Below the pieces are notes generated by a model that had not been told where the DNA came from, ran no database searches, and saw nothing but the letters and a program-made list of their open reading frames with translations. The translations under genes were made by a program, and so were the position numbers. Shown here in pieces: positions 1 to 9,363 of a DNA stretch of 64,000 bases. The DNA is from an uncultured Beijerinckia sp. (GTDB taxonomy: Bacteria; Pseudomonadota; Alphaproteobacteria; Rhizobiales; Beijerinckiaceae), in the NCBI GenBank assembly GCA_964615275.1, contig CAZTMN010000006.1, positions 868-64,867 on the forward strand. Reading direction: 5' to 3'. Each line of letters starts with the position of its first letter. The first letter of the stretch is position 1.

Positions 1-1
1 C

Positions 2-1072
2 AACGCGGCGGCCGAAGTGGACCGCGCCTTCTCGCTCGATTGGGGCGCACGCGGATCCGCGATGATCGGCGGCGCCATCTCGACCAACGCCGGCGGCATG
101 AATGTCCTGCGCTTCGGCAACACGCGCGACCAGGTGCTCGGCCTTGAAGTCGTGCTTCCGGACGGGCGCGTCTGGGACGGCATGCGGGCGCTGCGCAAGG
201 ATTCCTCCGGCTATGACATGAAACACCTGTTCATCGGCGCCGAGGGCACGCTGGGGATTGTGACCAAGGCGATCATGCGCCTGCACCCGCGCCCGGAACG
301 GGACCAGACCATGTTTGCATCCGTTGGCGATGCCGACCGGCTGATGGAATTGTTTGCGCTGGCCCGCCATGTCGCCAGCGACGGGCTGACCGCGTTCGAG
401 CTGGTTCCCGGGCACATGGTGGAAAAGGCGCTGGCGAAATACGATGTCCTGCGCCGTCCGCTGGAAACCCGCGCCGAATGGTACGTCATGGTGCGATTTT
501 CCGGCCGCGAGGAAATCGATCAGAAGTTCGAAACCTTCTTCGAACAGGCGCTGGAGAAGGGTCTTATCACCGATGCCTCGTTGGCGCAGAACATGGCGCA
601 GGAACAGAACCTGTGGGATCTGCGCGATGAAATCCCGCCGCTGAAACTGATGCACTCCAAAATGCTGAAATGGGACGCCTCGGTGCCGATCGACCGGATC
701 ATACCGTTTCTGAAGGAGGCCGAGGCAAGGTCAAAGGCGATCGAGCCGAACGCTAAACTGATCGCCTTCGGTCACGTCGGCGACGGCAATCTGCACATGA
801 GCGTCTGGCCGGAGGGAACCCAGGGCGATCCGGAGTTCGACGCGCTGTGCCATGAAATCGTCAGCACGATCGACCAGCTGATATTCTCCTATGGCGGTTC
901 GATCTGTGCAGAACACGGTGTCGGGGTAGAAAGTTTCGATCGCGTGCCCGGGCAGAAGCCTCAGCTTGAATTCGAGATGATGGCGAATATCAAGACCCTG
1001 TTCGATCCGGACAACCTGATGAACCCGGGGAAGATTTTCGATCCCGCCCGTTACGGAACGGCAGCGCAATAG
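2..1072 (+). CDS. FAD-binding oxidoreductase (D-lactate dehydrogenase/GlcD-like FAD-linked oxidase), 5'-partial
   Basis: Motifs IGGAISTNAGG, FIGAEGTLGIVT, GHVGDGNLH, AEHGVG and DPDNLMNPGK. The frame is open to the window edge. Confidence 0.9.
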   Translation, partial: NAAAEVDRAFSLDWGARGSAMIGGAISTNAGGMNVLRFGNTRDQVLGLEVVLPDGRVWDGMRALRKDSSGYDMKHLFIGAEGTLGIVTKAIMRLHPRPERDQTMFASVGDADRLMELFALARHVASDGLTAFELVPGHMVEKALAKYDVLRRPLETRAEWYVMVRFSGREEIDQKFETFFEQALEKGLITDASLAQNMAQEQNLWDLRDEIPPLKLMHSKMLKWDASVPIDRIIPFLKEAEARSKAIEPNAKLIAFGHVGDGNLHMSVWPEGTQGDPEFDALCHEIVSTIDQLIFSYGGSICAEHGVGVESFDRVPGQKPQLEFEMMANIKTLFDPDNLMNPGKIFDPARYGTAAQ

Positions 1073-1078
1073 GCAACG

Positions 1079-1104
1079 AAAAAGGGCCCGCGTTGCGGGC
1101 CCTT
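1079..1104 (-). terminator. Intrinsic terminator between convergent genes
   Basis: Stem AAGGGCCCGC-GTT-GCGGGCCCTT with an A-run on the left, which is a U-tract on the minus strand. Confidence 0.75.
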
Positions 1105-1125
1105 GTCCGGTAAAGGAGGCAGCGG

Positions 1126-2187
1126 TTATTTGCCGGCCTTGCCCTTGAACTCAACCGCTTTCTTGAACTTCGTGATGAAGCTGTCGGGCAGCGCGTTGAT
1201 GCCATCGACCAGCTTCTGTAGTTTTGTACCTTCCAGCGGATCGATTTTGAACTTCAGCTTTTTCGCATCCGCGAGGGCGGCCTTGTCTTTCCATGTGTCC
1301 ATGAACGCCCTGCGCAAGGCAGCGACGCGCTCGGCCGGAACCGCGCCGGAAACGAAATATGGCCGGGCGAACTGGCCTTGCGAATAGATCGTCGTCATGA
1401 ACTTCTTGTGTTCGTCGCTCTTGGCGAAGTCGACGGTCTTGGGAATGCCGGCCTTGTTGGCGACCGGATTTCCGACGCCCGATTCCTGCACCAGGATATG
1501 GGCAAGGCCGGAATCCAGGAACCGCTTGTAGCGCGAGTGAATCGACGTCCAGTTCATGCCGCACATGCCGTGCAACTCGCCTTTTTCGATGGCGGCGAAA
1601 ATCTGCCGGCTGCCCTTGTAGCCGACGATCAGCTTCAGTTTCGTACCCAGCAGGTTCTGGTGCATGATCGGCATCAGGCCGGATGATCCGCGCGTCGACG
1701 TACCGCCGACGACGATTTGTTTCTGGAAGGTTTCCTTGAACGTCTTGGCCGGGGCATCCTTGCGGACCAGGCAATTGTAGGTGTCTGTCGATGCCGAACC
1801 CAGGTATTTCAGCTTCTTGCCATCATAACCGAGCTTGGAAGCCGGCAGCAGCACCCGGCCCAGCGGCTGTCCGCTGAACACGGCCGCGATTACCGTTCCA
1901 TCCTTTGGCGCGACCTTAGCGACGTAGCCGGAAGCGCGGTGCGAACCGGCGCCTGGCATGTTCTGGACCACGAATTTCGGATTGCCGGGAATGTGCTTGC
2001 CCATGTGGCGCGACAACAGGCGGGCATAGGTGTCGTAGCCGCCGCCCGGGGAAGAGCCGACGATGATCGTCACGGTCTTGCCTTTGTAAAAGCCGGCTAC
2101 CTTGCCCTGTGCCGCGGCCGGTGCGGCGATCAGGGCGCTGGCGGCGGTCAACGCGGCGAGCGCGGGAATGGTGCTTGTTCTTGGCAT
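1126..2187 (-). CDS. Bug/TctC family tripartite tricarboxylate transporter substrate-binding protein
   Basis: Signal peptide, VTIIVGSSPGGGYDTYARL, VVQNMPGAGS and GYKGSRQIFAAIEKGE. Confidence 0.9.
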   Translation of the reverse strand: MPRTSTIPALAALTAASALIAAPAAAQGKVAGFYKGKTVTIIVGSSPGGGYDTYARLLSRHMGKHIPGNPKFVVQNMPGAGSHRASGYVAKVAPKDGTVIAAVFSGQPLGRVLLPASKLGYDGKKLKYLGSASTDTYNCLVRKDAPAKTFKETFQKQIVVGGTSTRGSSGLMPIMHQNLLGTKLKLIVGYKGSRQIFAAIEKGELHGMCGMNWTSIHSRYKRFLDSGLAHILVQESGVGNPVANKAGIPKTVDFAKSDEHKKFMTTIYSQGQFARPYFVSGAVPAERVAALRRAFMDTWKDKAALADAKKLKFKIDPLEGTKLQKLVDGINALPDSFITKFKKAVEFKGKAGK

Positions 2188-2404
2188 GTGAGTTCCTCTC
2201 CGGTTCCGGGCTTTACCTTCAGCCCATTGGGGCCAGCTTAGACGTCCTGTTCGCCGGACTCAACAACCGTTCCGGGAATTGCGGGCCGATTTCGGGGTTG
2301 TTCCGGTCCGCCGTCAATCGATCGCTTGACATTAACCGGGGCTTCTCCGCAAAAGTCTGTCATGCGCCGCCCGGATTTGGTGTGGCCCCCACGGAGGAAA
2401 AATC

Positions 2405-3169
2405 ATGGCCGATCTGGATGCCCTGCGGCAGGAACTCGTCACCGCGAACCGCATTCTGGCGATGGAAAACGTGCTCGATTCATTCGGGCATATCTCGTGC
2501 CGGCATCCGGACAATCCGGAGCGCTTCTTCATGTCCCGGGCCCGCGCGCCCGAGGTGCTGGTTGAAGAAGACATCATGGAATTCACGCTGACCGGCGAAG
2601 TGGTTGGCCCAACCCCGGCGCCAGGAAAGCCGTATTCGGAACGCTTCATCCACGGCGCAATCCTGGAAGCGCGCCCTGACGTCGTGTCGGTGATACACAA
2701 TCATTCGCCGAGCGTCATTCCATTCACGGTAACCGGGAAGCGTATGCGTCCGATCATGCATATGTGCGGGCCGATCGGGAACGACATTCCAACATGGGAC
2801 ATTCGCCACAAGTTCGGCGATACCAACCTGCTCGTCACCAACATGGATATGGCGCGGGATCTGGCTTCTACGCTGGGCGGGCGTACCGTTTCGCTGATGC
2901 GCGGCCACGGGTCGGTAATCGTCGGCAAGTCCGTGCGGGAAGTGGTATTCAATGCCAATTACATGGAAAAGAACGCCGACATGCTGATCAAGGCGCTTGG
3001 CATGGGCGAGGTGGAATATCTCTCGGACGGGGAAGTCGAAATCTGCGGCCGTGGCCGGGCCGGCTTTACCCTGGAACGCGGCTGGGAAAACTGGTGCAAG
3101 AAGACAGACCGGCCGTATATCGCCAGGGATTGGGAAATGGGTCCGGGATTTTCAAAGACCGACCAGTAA
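2405..3169 (+). CDS. Class II aldolase/adducin family protein (possibly decarboxylase-type)
   Basis: FGHISCR, SERFIHGAI, SVIHNHS and LMRGHG. RBS GGAGG lies upstream. Confidence 0.88.
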   Translation: MADLDALRQELVTANRILAMENVLDSFGHISCRHPDNPERFFMSRARAPEVLVEEDIMEFTLTGEVVGPTPAPGKPYSERFIHGAILEARPDVVSVIHNHSPSVIPFTVTGKRMRPIMHMCGPIGNDIPTWDIRHKFGDTNLLVTNMDMARDLASTLGGRTVSLMRGHGSVIVGKSVREVVFNANYMEKNADMLIKALGMGEVEYLSDGEVEICGRGRAGFTLERGWENWCKKTDRPYIARDWEMGPGFSKTDQ

Positions 3170-3205
3170 CGGCACGCCGCATTGCAATCAGACCGGGAGA
3201 GAAAC

Positions 3206-3586
3206 ATGGCGGAAGATAACCAAGCACACGGCCTGACGGATCACATGTATGCGAAGAAGCTGTGGGTCTGTCTGTCAAAGGCCGTGAAACCGCGCGAAGA
3301 AGTGATCAAGCATCTGCCGGAACACCTCAAGCACCAGATCAATCTGGAGAAAACCGGCGTCATGTTCGCCGCCGGCCCGATGGATCCCAAGGGCGACAAT
3401 GAACACCCGCGCCTCGGGCTCATCATTATCCGGGCCGAGAACGAGGAAGCGGCGCGCAATATATTCGACGCCGACCCCATGCATGCCTCTGGCGTTCGTA
3501 CATATTCGCTGTTCGAGTGGACGGCCAACGAAGGCAATATCGGCATTTCGATCAACCTGAGCGACAAGACCTATCACCTAGCCTGA
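3206..3586 (+). CDS. YciI family protein
   Basis: HLPEHLKH, FAAGP, GLIIIRAENEEAA and ADPMH. ATG at 3206 follows GGGAGAG. Confidence 0.8.
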   Translation: MAEDNQAHGLTDHMYAKKLWVCLSKAVKPREEVIKHLPEHLKHQINLEKTGVMFAAGPMDPKGDNEHPRLGLIIIRAENEEAARNIFDADPMHASGVRTYSLFEWTANEGNIGISINLSDKTYHLA

Positions 3587-3656
3587 ACGTCGGCGTTAGT
3601 TTGTTTTACCGGAACAATTATGCTGCGGCAAAAACAGGCTTGCGGGAACTGGCGCC

Positions 3657-3687
3657 AAAACAAAACCCGGAGCACGAATGCTCCGGG
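3657..3687 (-). terminator. Intrinsic terminator
   Basis: CCCGGAGCA-CGAA-TGCTCCGGG preceded by AAAACAAAA, between convergent genes. Confidence 0.7.
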
Positions 3688-3715
3688 CCATTGCGTTGCA
3701 TGATGATTGCGCGAA

Positions 3716-4741
3716 CTATTTGATGCCGAGCAGTTTCTGCGAGTTCTTGTAGCAGATCTTTTCCATGTCTTCCTTGGAATAATCGAGCTGCTCCATGATC
3801 GCGATGGTCTCGCGAATGTAGCCGGGACCCTTTTCCGGATCGAACGGGCAGTCGGATGCAAACAGGGCGTTGTCCGCACCGTAAAAGGCAAGCCCGCAGT
3901 CAGTCGCTGCTTTCGAACCGAACACTGCTGTGTCGGCGTAGAATTCCTTGAAGTATTGCAGCGGGCTCTTCTTCATGTTCGCGCGCAGCGTCTTGTAGTC
4001 CTCGTCGGTGGTGCGGTTGCCAAGCTGGTCCCAGCCCGGACCGACACGGCCTTCGAAATAGGGCACCATCGCGCCCAGGTGATGGGCCAGCACTTTCAGC
4101 AGCGGGAACTCGTCCAAAACGCCGCCGAAAACCAGCCGCGCCATCGCGACCGATGTTTCGTAGGGCCAGCCGAAGGTCCACCAGATTTCATACAGGGACT
4201 TCTTCTCGGTCTTGTAGTCCGGAAGATCGAACGCACCGCGCGAGGGATGCAGGAACACCATCTTGTCGTGGGCGGCAGCCACCTCGAAGACCGGCCGGAA
4301 TTCTTCCGCGTCCAGCGGCTTGCCGTTGATGTTGGTGTGAATCTGGACACCGCAGGCGCCGTTCTTGAATGCCCGTTCCAGTTCCTTGGCCGCGTTCGGC
4401 GAATTCATCGGCAGCGAAGCCAGCCAGCCGCAGAAATAATCGCTTTCCTTGGCGCACAGCTCGGCCATCCCGTCATTTCCGAGTTTGGCGAATTCTTCCA
4501 CTTCGGCAGGTTCGCCCAGCGCTTCCAGGGGTGGCATGCCAAGCGAGATGACCTGCGTATAGTCGTACTTTCCGCGGAACAGGTCACAGACTTCCTTGCG
4601 CCGGTCCAGGTCGTAGATGGCCGGGACGCCGCGCATGCGCGAGCCGATATCTGCTGCGGCGCCAGGCGTGGCCATCATCTTGTCCCACAACAAGCTTGGG
4701 AAAAAGTGGTTGAAACAATCGATATAGCGCATTTTTGCCAT
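3716..4741 (-). CDS. Amidohydrolase_2 family protein (ACMSD/aromatic acid decarboxylase-like)
   Basis: IDCFNHF, FLHP, FGWPYET, HHLGAMVPYF and FASDCPFDP. Start MAKMRY at 4741 has RBS GGAGG. Confidence 0.85.
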   Translation of the reverse strand: MAKMRYIDCFNHFFPSLLWDKMMATPGAAADIGSRMRGVPAIYDLDRRKEVCDLFRGKYDYTQVISLGMPPLEALGEPAEVEEFAKLGNDGMAELCAKESDYFCGWLASLPMNSPNAAKELERAFKNGACGVQIHTNINGKPLDAEEFRPVFEVAAAHDKMVFLHPSRGAFDLPDYKTEKKSLYEIWWTFGWPYETSVAMARLVFGGVLDEFPLLKVLAHHLGAMVPYFEGRVGPGWDQLGNRTTDEDYKTLRANMKKSPLQYFKEFYADTAVFGSKAATDCGLAFYGADNALFASDCPFDPEKGPGYIRETIAIMEQLDYSKEDMEKICYKNSQKLLGIK

Positions 4742-4910
4742 GTCCTCCGTTGCAGCCGTTGGGCCGATTTTTGTGTCCGCGCGGACACATAGCGGGGATT
4801 TGACCCCGGGGCAAAGAAATTCAGGCGCTACGAGCGCCGTTTCATGCGCGGCAAGACAGCACGCGCCATCACGGGCATAATCGCGCTGGCAGATTGCGAG
4901 TGGTGGTGAA

Positions 4911-6590
4911 ATGACCCAACAAGCCGATATCATCATCGAAGGGGCCCCGGTCTACGGCGAACCCGCAGCGCCGCACGGAGCCGATGCGGTCGCCATCGGC
5001 GGCGGCCGTATTCTGGCGGCCGGACGCAGCACGGAACTGATTGCACAGCATGGTCCGGCCAAGCGCGTGATCCGGCTGGCCGGCGGCTGCATAATTCCAG
5101 GTCTGATCGACGGCCACGCCCCTCTCGACCGGGAGGGACTGAAGACAATCTGGCCTTCACTCGATGGCGCCAATGACAAGCCGGCGGTTCTCGAACGAAT
5201 CGCGGAAATTGCTGCGCGGACACTTCCGGGGGAGTGGATTGTCACCATGCCCCTGGGCGGCGGCCCGGGCTATGCCGGTATCGACGGGTTCCTGGATGGC
5301 GGTCTTCCCGATCGCTGGGAACTTGATGCGGCCGCGCCTGAAAATCCTGTCTATATCTGTTCGATCTGGGGCTGTTGGCGCCCAAAGCCGCCGCTGGTTT
5401 CGATTGCCAATTCGCGTGCGCTCGCGCTGGCAGGCGTCGATCGCCACACGCGCCCGCCTTCGCCTTTGGTGACGATTGTGCGCGATAACAGAAATGGCGA
5501 ACCAAACGGCGTGTTCCTGGAAGACACGACCATGCCGATCGTTGAACTGACGTTGATGGCCTGCGCCCTGCATTTCACACCGGAGCAACGGGTGGAGGCG
5601 CTGGCCCGCTCCATGTCGATCTACAACGGCTTCGGTACGACCGGTATTTATGAAGGGCACGGCGCTTCGCCTGCCCTTGTGGAGGCTTATCGGCAATTGG
5701 GAGCCCGCAATGGGCATAGCGTTCGGGCGCGGCTGACATTCAGTCCGTCGTGGAGCGGGCAGGACCTGACGATGGCTTCTCAGCTTGTCGCTGACTGGGC
5801 GCAAAGCCTGCGCAAGCGCGGGTCCGACAGTCATTTGATGACGATGGATGGCTTTTACGCCGAGATCGACGAAACCCGCGGCAATTGGGTGCGCGCGCCT
5901 GCTGCGCCGCAAACCGGCTGGGCCGGGTTCAACTATGATTGCGGACTGCCGCGCGAACAACTCAAGCAGGTGCTGGTCGAGGCAGCCCGCAACCGGCTTC
6001 AGGTGTCCTGCATATTCGCTGCCATTCCGCCCTTGTTCGAAGAGATTCACAAGATTGCGCCGATTGACGGCCTGCGCTGGGCCTGGGGGCATATCGGCGT
6101 CGTGAGCGATGACGAAATCCGGCGCGCCTGCGATCTTGGTCTCGTGGTGGTCACCCACACCAACAGGCACATCGGCCGGCAGGGGTCATTGCATCGCGCT
6201 CGGCTCGGTGCGGAGCAGGAGGATACGATTGTTCCCCTGCGCAAGCTCCTTGATGCCGGAGTCCCGGTGTCTTTCGGATCGGACAACGTGCCGCCTTCGC
6301 TGTGGAACCCGGTTTCCCACGCGGTGTCGCGGCGCGACGGCTTTACCGGCGAGGTTATCGCGCCATTGCAAAAGCTGAGTCGCGCCGAGGCGCTTTACTG
6401 CGCAACCTGGAACGCGGCATACCTTTGCGGGCAGGAAGCCGAAACCGGGTCAATCGAGGCCGGTAAGCGCGCCGATATCGTCGTCCTCGACCGGGATTAT
6501 ATGTCCGTTCCGGAAGAGGAAATTCCCGCGATCCGGGCGCAATGGGTAATTTGCGACGGCTCCGTCGTACTGGAGCCGCCAACCGCGTGA
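4911..6590 (+). CDS. Amidohydrolase_3 (YtcJ-like) family protein with atypical metal ligands
   Basis: PGLIDGHA, R-ELD-AAPENPV, GSDNVP and GSIEAGKRADIVVLDRD. The HxH motif reads HAP. Confidence 0.85.
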   Translation: MTQQADIIIEGAPVYGEPAAPHGADAVAIGGGRILAAGRSTELIAQHGPAKRVIRLAGGCIIPGLIDGHAPLDREGLKTIWPSLDGANDKPAVLERIAEIAARTLPGEWIVTMPLGGGPGYAGIDGFLDGGLPDRWELDAAAPENPVYICSIWGCWRPKPPLVSIANSRALALAGVDRHTRPPSPLVTIVRDNRNGEPNGVFLEDTTMPIVELTLMACALHFTPEQRVEALARSMSIYNGFGTTGIYEGHGASPALVEAYRQLGARNGHSVRARLTFSPSWSGQDLTMASQLVADWAQSLRKRGSDSHLMTMDGFYAEIDETRGNWVRAPAAPQTGWAGFNYDCGLPREQLKQVLVEAARNRLQVSCIFAAIPPLFEEIHKIAPIDGLRWAWGHIGVVSDDEIRRACDLGLVVVTHTNRHIGRQGSLHRARLGAEQEDTIVPLRKLLDAGVPVSFGSDNVPPSLWNPVSHAVSRRDGFTGEVIAPLQKLSRAEALYCATWNAAYLCGQEAETGSIEAGKRADIVVLDRDYMSVPEEEIPAIRAQWVICDGSVVLEPPTA

Positions 6591-6769
6591 AGGCCGGTTC
6601 AGCCGATCCGACACATCATGCATGACAGAAGCGCCGCTTATGTGTATGGAAGGCACGAATAATTCCGCGGACTGATAGGTCTGCCGCAAGATTCGCCGAG
6701 TTTTTCAGCTGGATAGCCGGATCGTTGCGGCAATATTGGGCCGCCTGCCGTCCCGAAGGAGGAACTTTC

Positions 6770-7408
6770 ATGGATGATGACGCCAGGATAGCCAAAGGTG
6801 GCGCGGCCGCCGCCGATATCGGCCACAATTCCGAGGTGCTGGAAGAAAAGCGCGCCTCCATGTACCACAACAAGAAGGACCGGGTATTCGTTCGCGGCTT
6901 CCAGGGAGAATACAACGTAAAGCAGGAGCTGGAGCGCTTGCGCTCGGTGCCGCGGGTTCGCAAGGCCAAGGGCAATTCCTTCATCGACGGCCCGCAATGT
7001 TTCTCGCGTCATTATATAGAGCCGAAGGACGGCATCACCCAGACGTTCCACATGCATCTGGAAGAATATGCCCCCGGCGCCTCCTCGCAGAAGCACGGTC
7101 ACGTGAACGAAGCGGCGTTCTACATCCTTGATGGCGAGGGCTACGAAATTCACGACAACGTCCGCTATGACTGGAAGGCCGGCGATATCGCGATTGTCCA
7201 TAACAATTGCGTTCACCAGCACTTCAACGCGTCGAAGACCAAGCCGGCCCGCGCATTGGTGATCAAGACCAAGCCCATGTACCTGTTCCTGAACATGCTG
7301 TTCCAGAAGACGGTCAAGGAGCGGCCGGTCGATGTAACGCCGGAATGCGAAGGCTTTGTCGCCCGCGAGGAAGAAGAAGACTTCAACCATCCCAAGGGAG
7401 GCTATTGA
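6770..7408 (+). CDS. Cupin domain protein A (gentisate dioxygenase-like monocupin)
   Basis: Motif 1 PGASSQKHGHVNEAAFYILDGEG, motif 2 GDIAIVHNNCVHQHFN. RBS GGAGG lies before the ATG at 6770. Confidence 0.85.
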   Translation: MDDDARIAKGGAAAADIGHNSEVLEEKRASMYHNKKDRVFVRGFQGEYNVKQELERLRSVPRVRKAKGNSFIDGPQCFSRHYIEPKDGITQTFHMHLEEYAPGASSQKHGHVNEAAFYILDGEGYEIHDNVRYDWKAGDIAIVHNNCVHQHFNASKTKPARALVIKTKPMYLFLNMLFQKTVKERPVDVTPECEGFVAREEEEDFNHPKGGY

Positions 7409-7409
7409 T

Positions 7410-8015
7410 ATGGCGTGGGGTGAAGCTACCGCCTGGCTGGAAGGCAAGGAAAACGAACGCAATTACCAGCGCCTGCTTGACGAGGCGCGCGATGCGCCGA
7501 CCCGCAATGCCCGCCGCAAGAAGGTCGTGCGCCCGAGCGAAATGCCCTGGGAAATGGCGCGCCAGGGGCTGCTCAAGCACCTGATGAACGAGACGATGAA
7601 TACCCGCGTCGAGACGATGGATGCTTACATGCAGATCATCCCGCCGGGCTCGCGCTCCGGCAAGCACCGGCACCTGGCCGAAGAATGCGTCTACGTGATC
7701 GAAGGCCGTGGCTACGACATCCATCAGGATTGTGACGTTGAAATCAACGACGTGTTCGAGTGGCTGCCCCAGGACAAGACGCAGAAACTGGAATGGGAAG
7801 CCGGCGATTATATCTATATTCCGCCGATGACCATTCACCAGCATTTCAACGCCGATCCCGGCCAGCCGTGCCGGCTGATTTCCTGCACGGCGCGCATCTT
7901 CCGCCAGATGGGCCTTAACACGCTCGACCAGCTTGAGGATGCCCCGGAATACGATCCCTACGTCATTCTCAACGACGACATCATGCGCGAATACCTGCGT
8001 GGCGAGCGGAAGTAG
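7410..8015 (+). CDS. Cupin domain protein B (paralog of A)
   Basis: Motif 1 PGSRSGKHRHLAEECVYVIEGRG, motif 2 GDYIYIPPMTIHQHFN. It starts 1 nt after the stop of cupin A. Confidence 0.85.
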   Translation: MAWGEATAWLEGKENERNYQRLLDEARDAPTRNARRKKVVRPSEMPWEMARQGLLKHLMNETMNTRVETMDAYMQIIPPGSRSGKHRHLAEECVYVIEGRGYDIHQDCDVEINDVFEWLPQDKTQKLEWEAGDYIYIPPMTIHQHFNADPGQPCRLISCTARIFRQMGLNTLDQLEDAPEYDPYVILNDDIMREYLRGERK

Positions 8016-8159
8016 GGAGTGGCGCGCGCGCCGATAAGGAATATCTGGCGCTTGCGCCGGTAAAATGAGCGCTGCAATATCTGTTGTTGATTGGCCGTCA
8101 GCTATTGGGTTGACGGCCAATTGTTTGGCAAGCGCGCAATGATTGAAGGTAGAAGCCAG

Positions 8160-9335
8160 ATGCCTGAAAACCGCATCCTCACCACCCATGTCGGCTCGCT
8201 AGTGCGCCCGGACGATCTGGCCGGGTTTCTGCGCGCCGCAGAAGATGGCGAGGCGCTCGACAAGGCGGCCTTCGATACCTGTCTGAGCCGTTCGATCGCC
8301 GATGTCGTGCGTCAGCAGAAGGACAATGGCGTCGATATCGTCAGCGATGGCGAGTTCGGCAAGTTCCACAGCTGGTCGCGCTATATCATCGACCGGTTGG
8401 CAGGGTTCGAGGTCAAGACCGAGGAATCGGCCTCCAATCTGAAAAAGGGCGAAGTCATTTCGGCCGGCAACGACCGGCGGATGTTTCCCGAATTCTATGC
8501 CGAATACGACAAGAGCCAGGGGTTTCGCGCCGCCATGGGCACCTGGGTCTGCACCGGTCCGGTCCGCTACACCGGTCAGGAACTGTTGCGCCGTGATATC
8601 GATAACCTCAAGGCCGCCATGGCGGCGGCGGGCGTGGACAAGGGATTTTTGCCCGTCGTTGCGCCGGCCAGCGTCGCGCCGGAGCGCCGCGACGAGCACT
8701 ACGGCAATGACGCGGACTTCATGTTCGGTATCGCCGGGGCGCTGGCGGAGGAATACCGCACGATCATCGAGGCGGGGCTCCATGTGCAGGTCGACGATGC
8801 CCATCTGCCGTTCATGTACGACCGCATGGTCCCGCCCGCCAGCCTGGAGGATTATCGCAAATGGGCGCAGCTCCGCATCGATGCGCTCAACCATGCCCTG
8901 AAAGGCCTGCCGGAAGATCGCATCCGCTACCACATCTGCTGGGGCAGCTTTAATTCCCCCCATGTTGGTGACGTCGCGTTGAAGGATATTGTTGACCTGG
9001 TGTTGCAGGTCAATGCCGGCGCCTATTGCATAGAGGCGGCCAATCCGCGCCATGAACACGAATGGCGGGTTTGGGAGGACGTAAAGCTGCCGGAGGGCAA
9101 GGTGCTCATTCCCGGCGTCATCAGCCATGCAACGAACATTGTCGAGCATCCCGAACTCGTCGCCGAACGCCTGGTGCGCTACGCCGGCCTGGTCGGCCGG
9201 GACAACGTCATGGCCGGAACCGATTGCGGATTTGCGCAAGGTCCGCTGGTGCGCCGCGTTCACCCCTCTATCCAATGGGCCAAACTGGCGGCGATGGCGG
9301 AAGGGGCTGAGATCGCTTCAATGCGGTTGTGGTGA
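8160..9335 (+). CDS. Cobalamin-independent methionine synthase II family (MetE catalytic-core only) protein
   Basis: TTHVGSLVRP, VDIVSDGEFGK, QVDDA and Zn ligands HICWG / E / GTDCGF. About 390 aa, so it lacks the N-terminal half of full MetE. Confidence 0.9.
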   Translation: MPENRILTTHVGSLVRPDDLAGFLRAAEDGEALDKAAFDTCLSRSIADVVRQQKDNGVDIVSDGEFGKFHSWSRYIIDRLAGFEVKTEESASNLKKGEVISAGNDRRMFPEFYAEYDKSQGFRAAMGTWVCTGPVRYTGQELLRRDIDNLKAAMAAAGVDKGFLPVVAPASVAPERRDEHYGNDADFMFGIAGALAEEYRTIIEAGLHVQVDDAHLPFMYDRMVPPASLEDYRKWAQLRIDALNHALKGLPEDRIRYHICWGSFNSPHVGDVALKDIVDLVLQVNAGAYCIEAANPRHEHEWRVWEDVKLPEGKVLIPGVISHATNIVEHPELVAERLVRYAGLVGRDNVMAGTDCGFAQGPLVRRVHPSIQWAKLAAMAEGAEIASMRLW

Positions 9336-9363
9336 ATTCGGTTGCTGTTACAACAACTGCACC

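Noticed and set aside
2313-2331. GTCAA-N8-TTGAC overlapping a TTGACA as an operator/promoter
   Set aside because: The arms are short, there is no convincing -10 element and no cognate regulator is visible. Too weak to call.
8016-8159. Cobalamin or SAM riboswitch upstream of the MetE-like gene
   Set aside because: I could not find the conserved B12-box or SAM-II/SAM-alpha motifs, only a simple hairpin.
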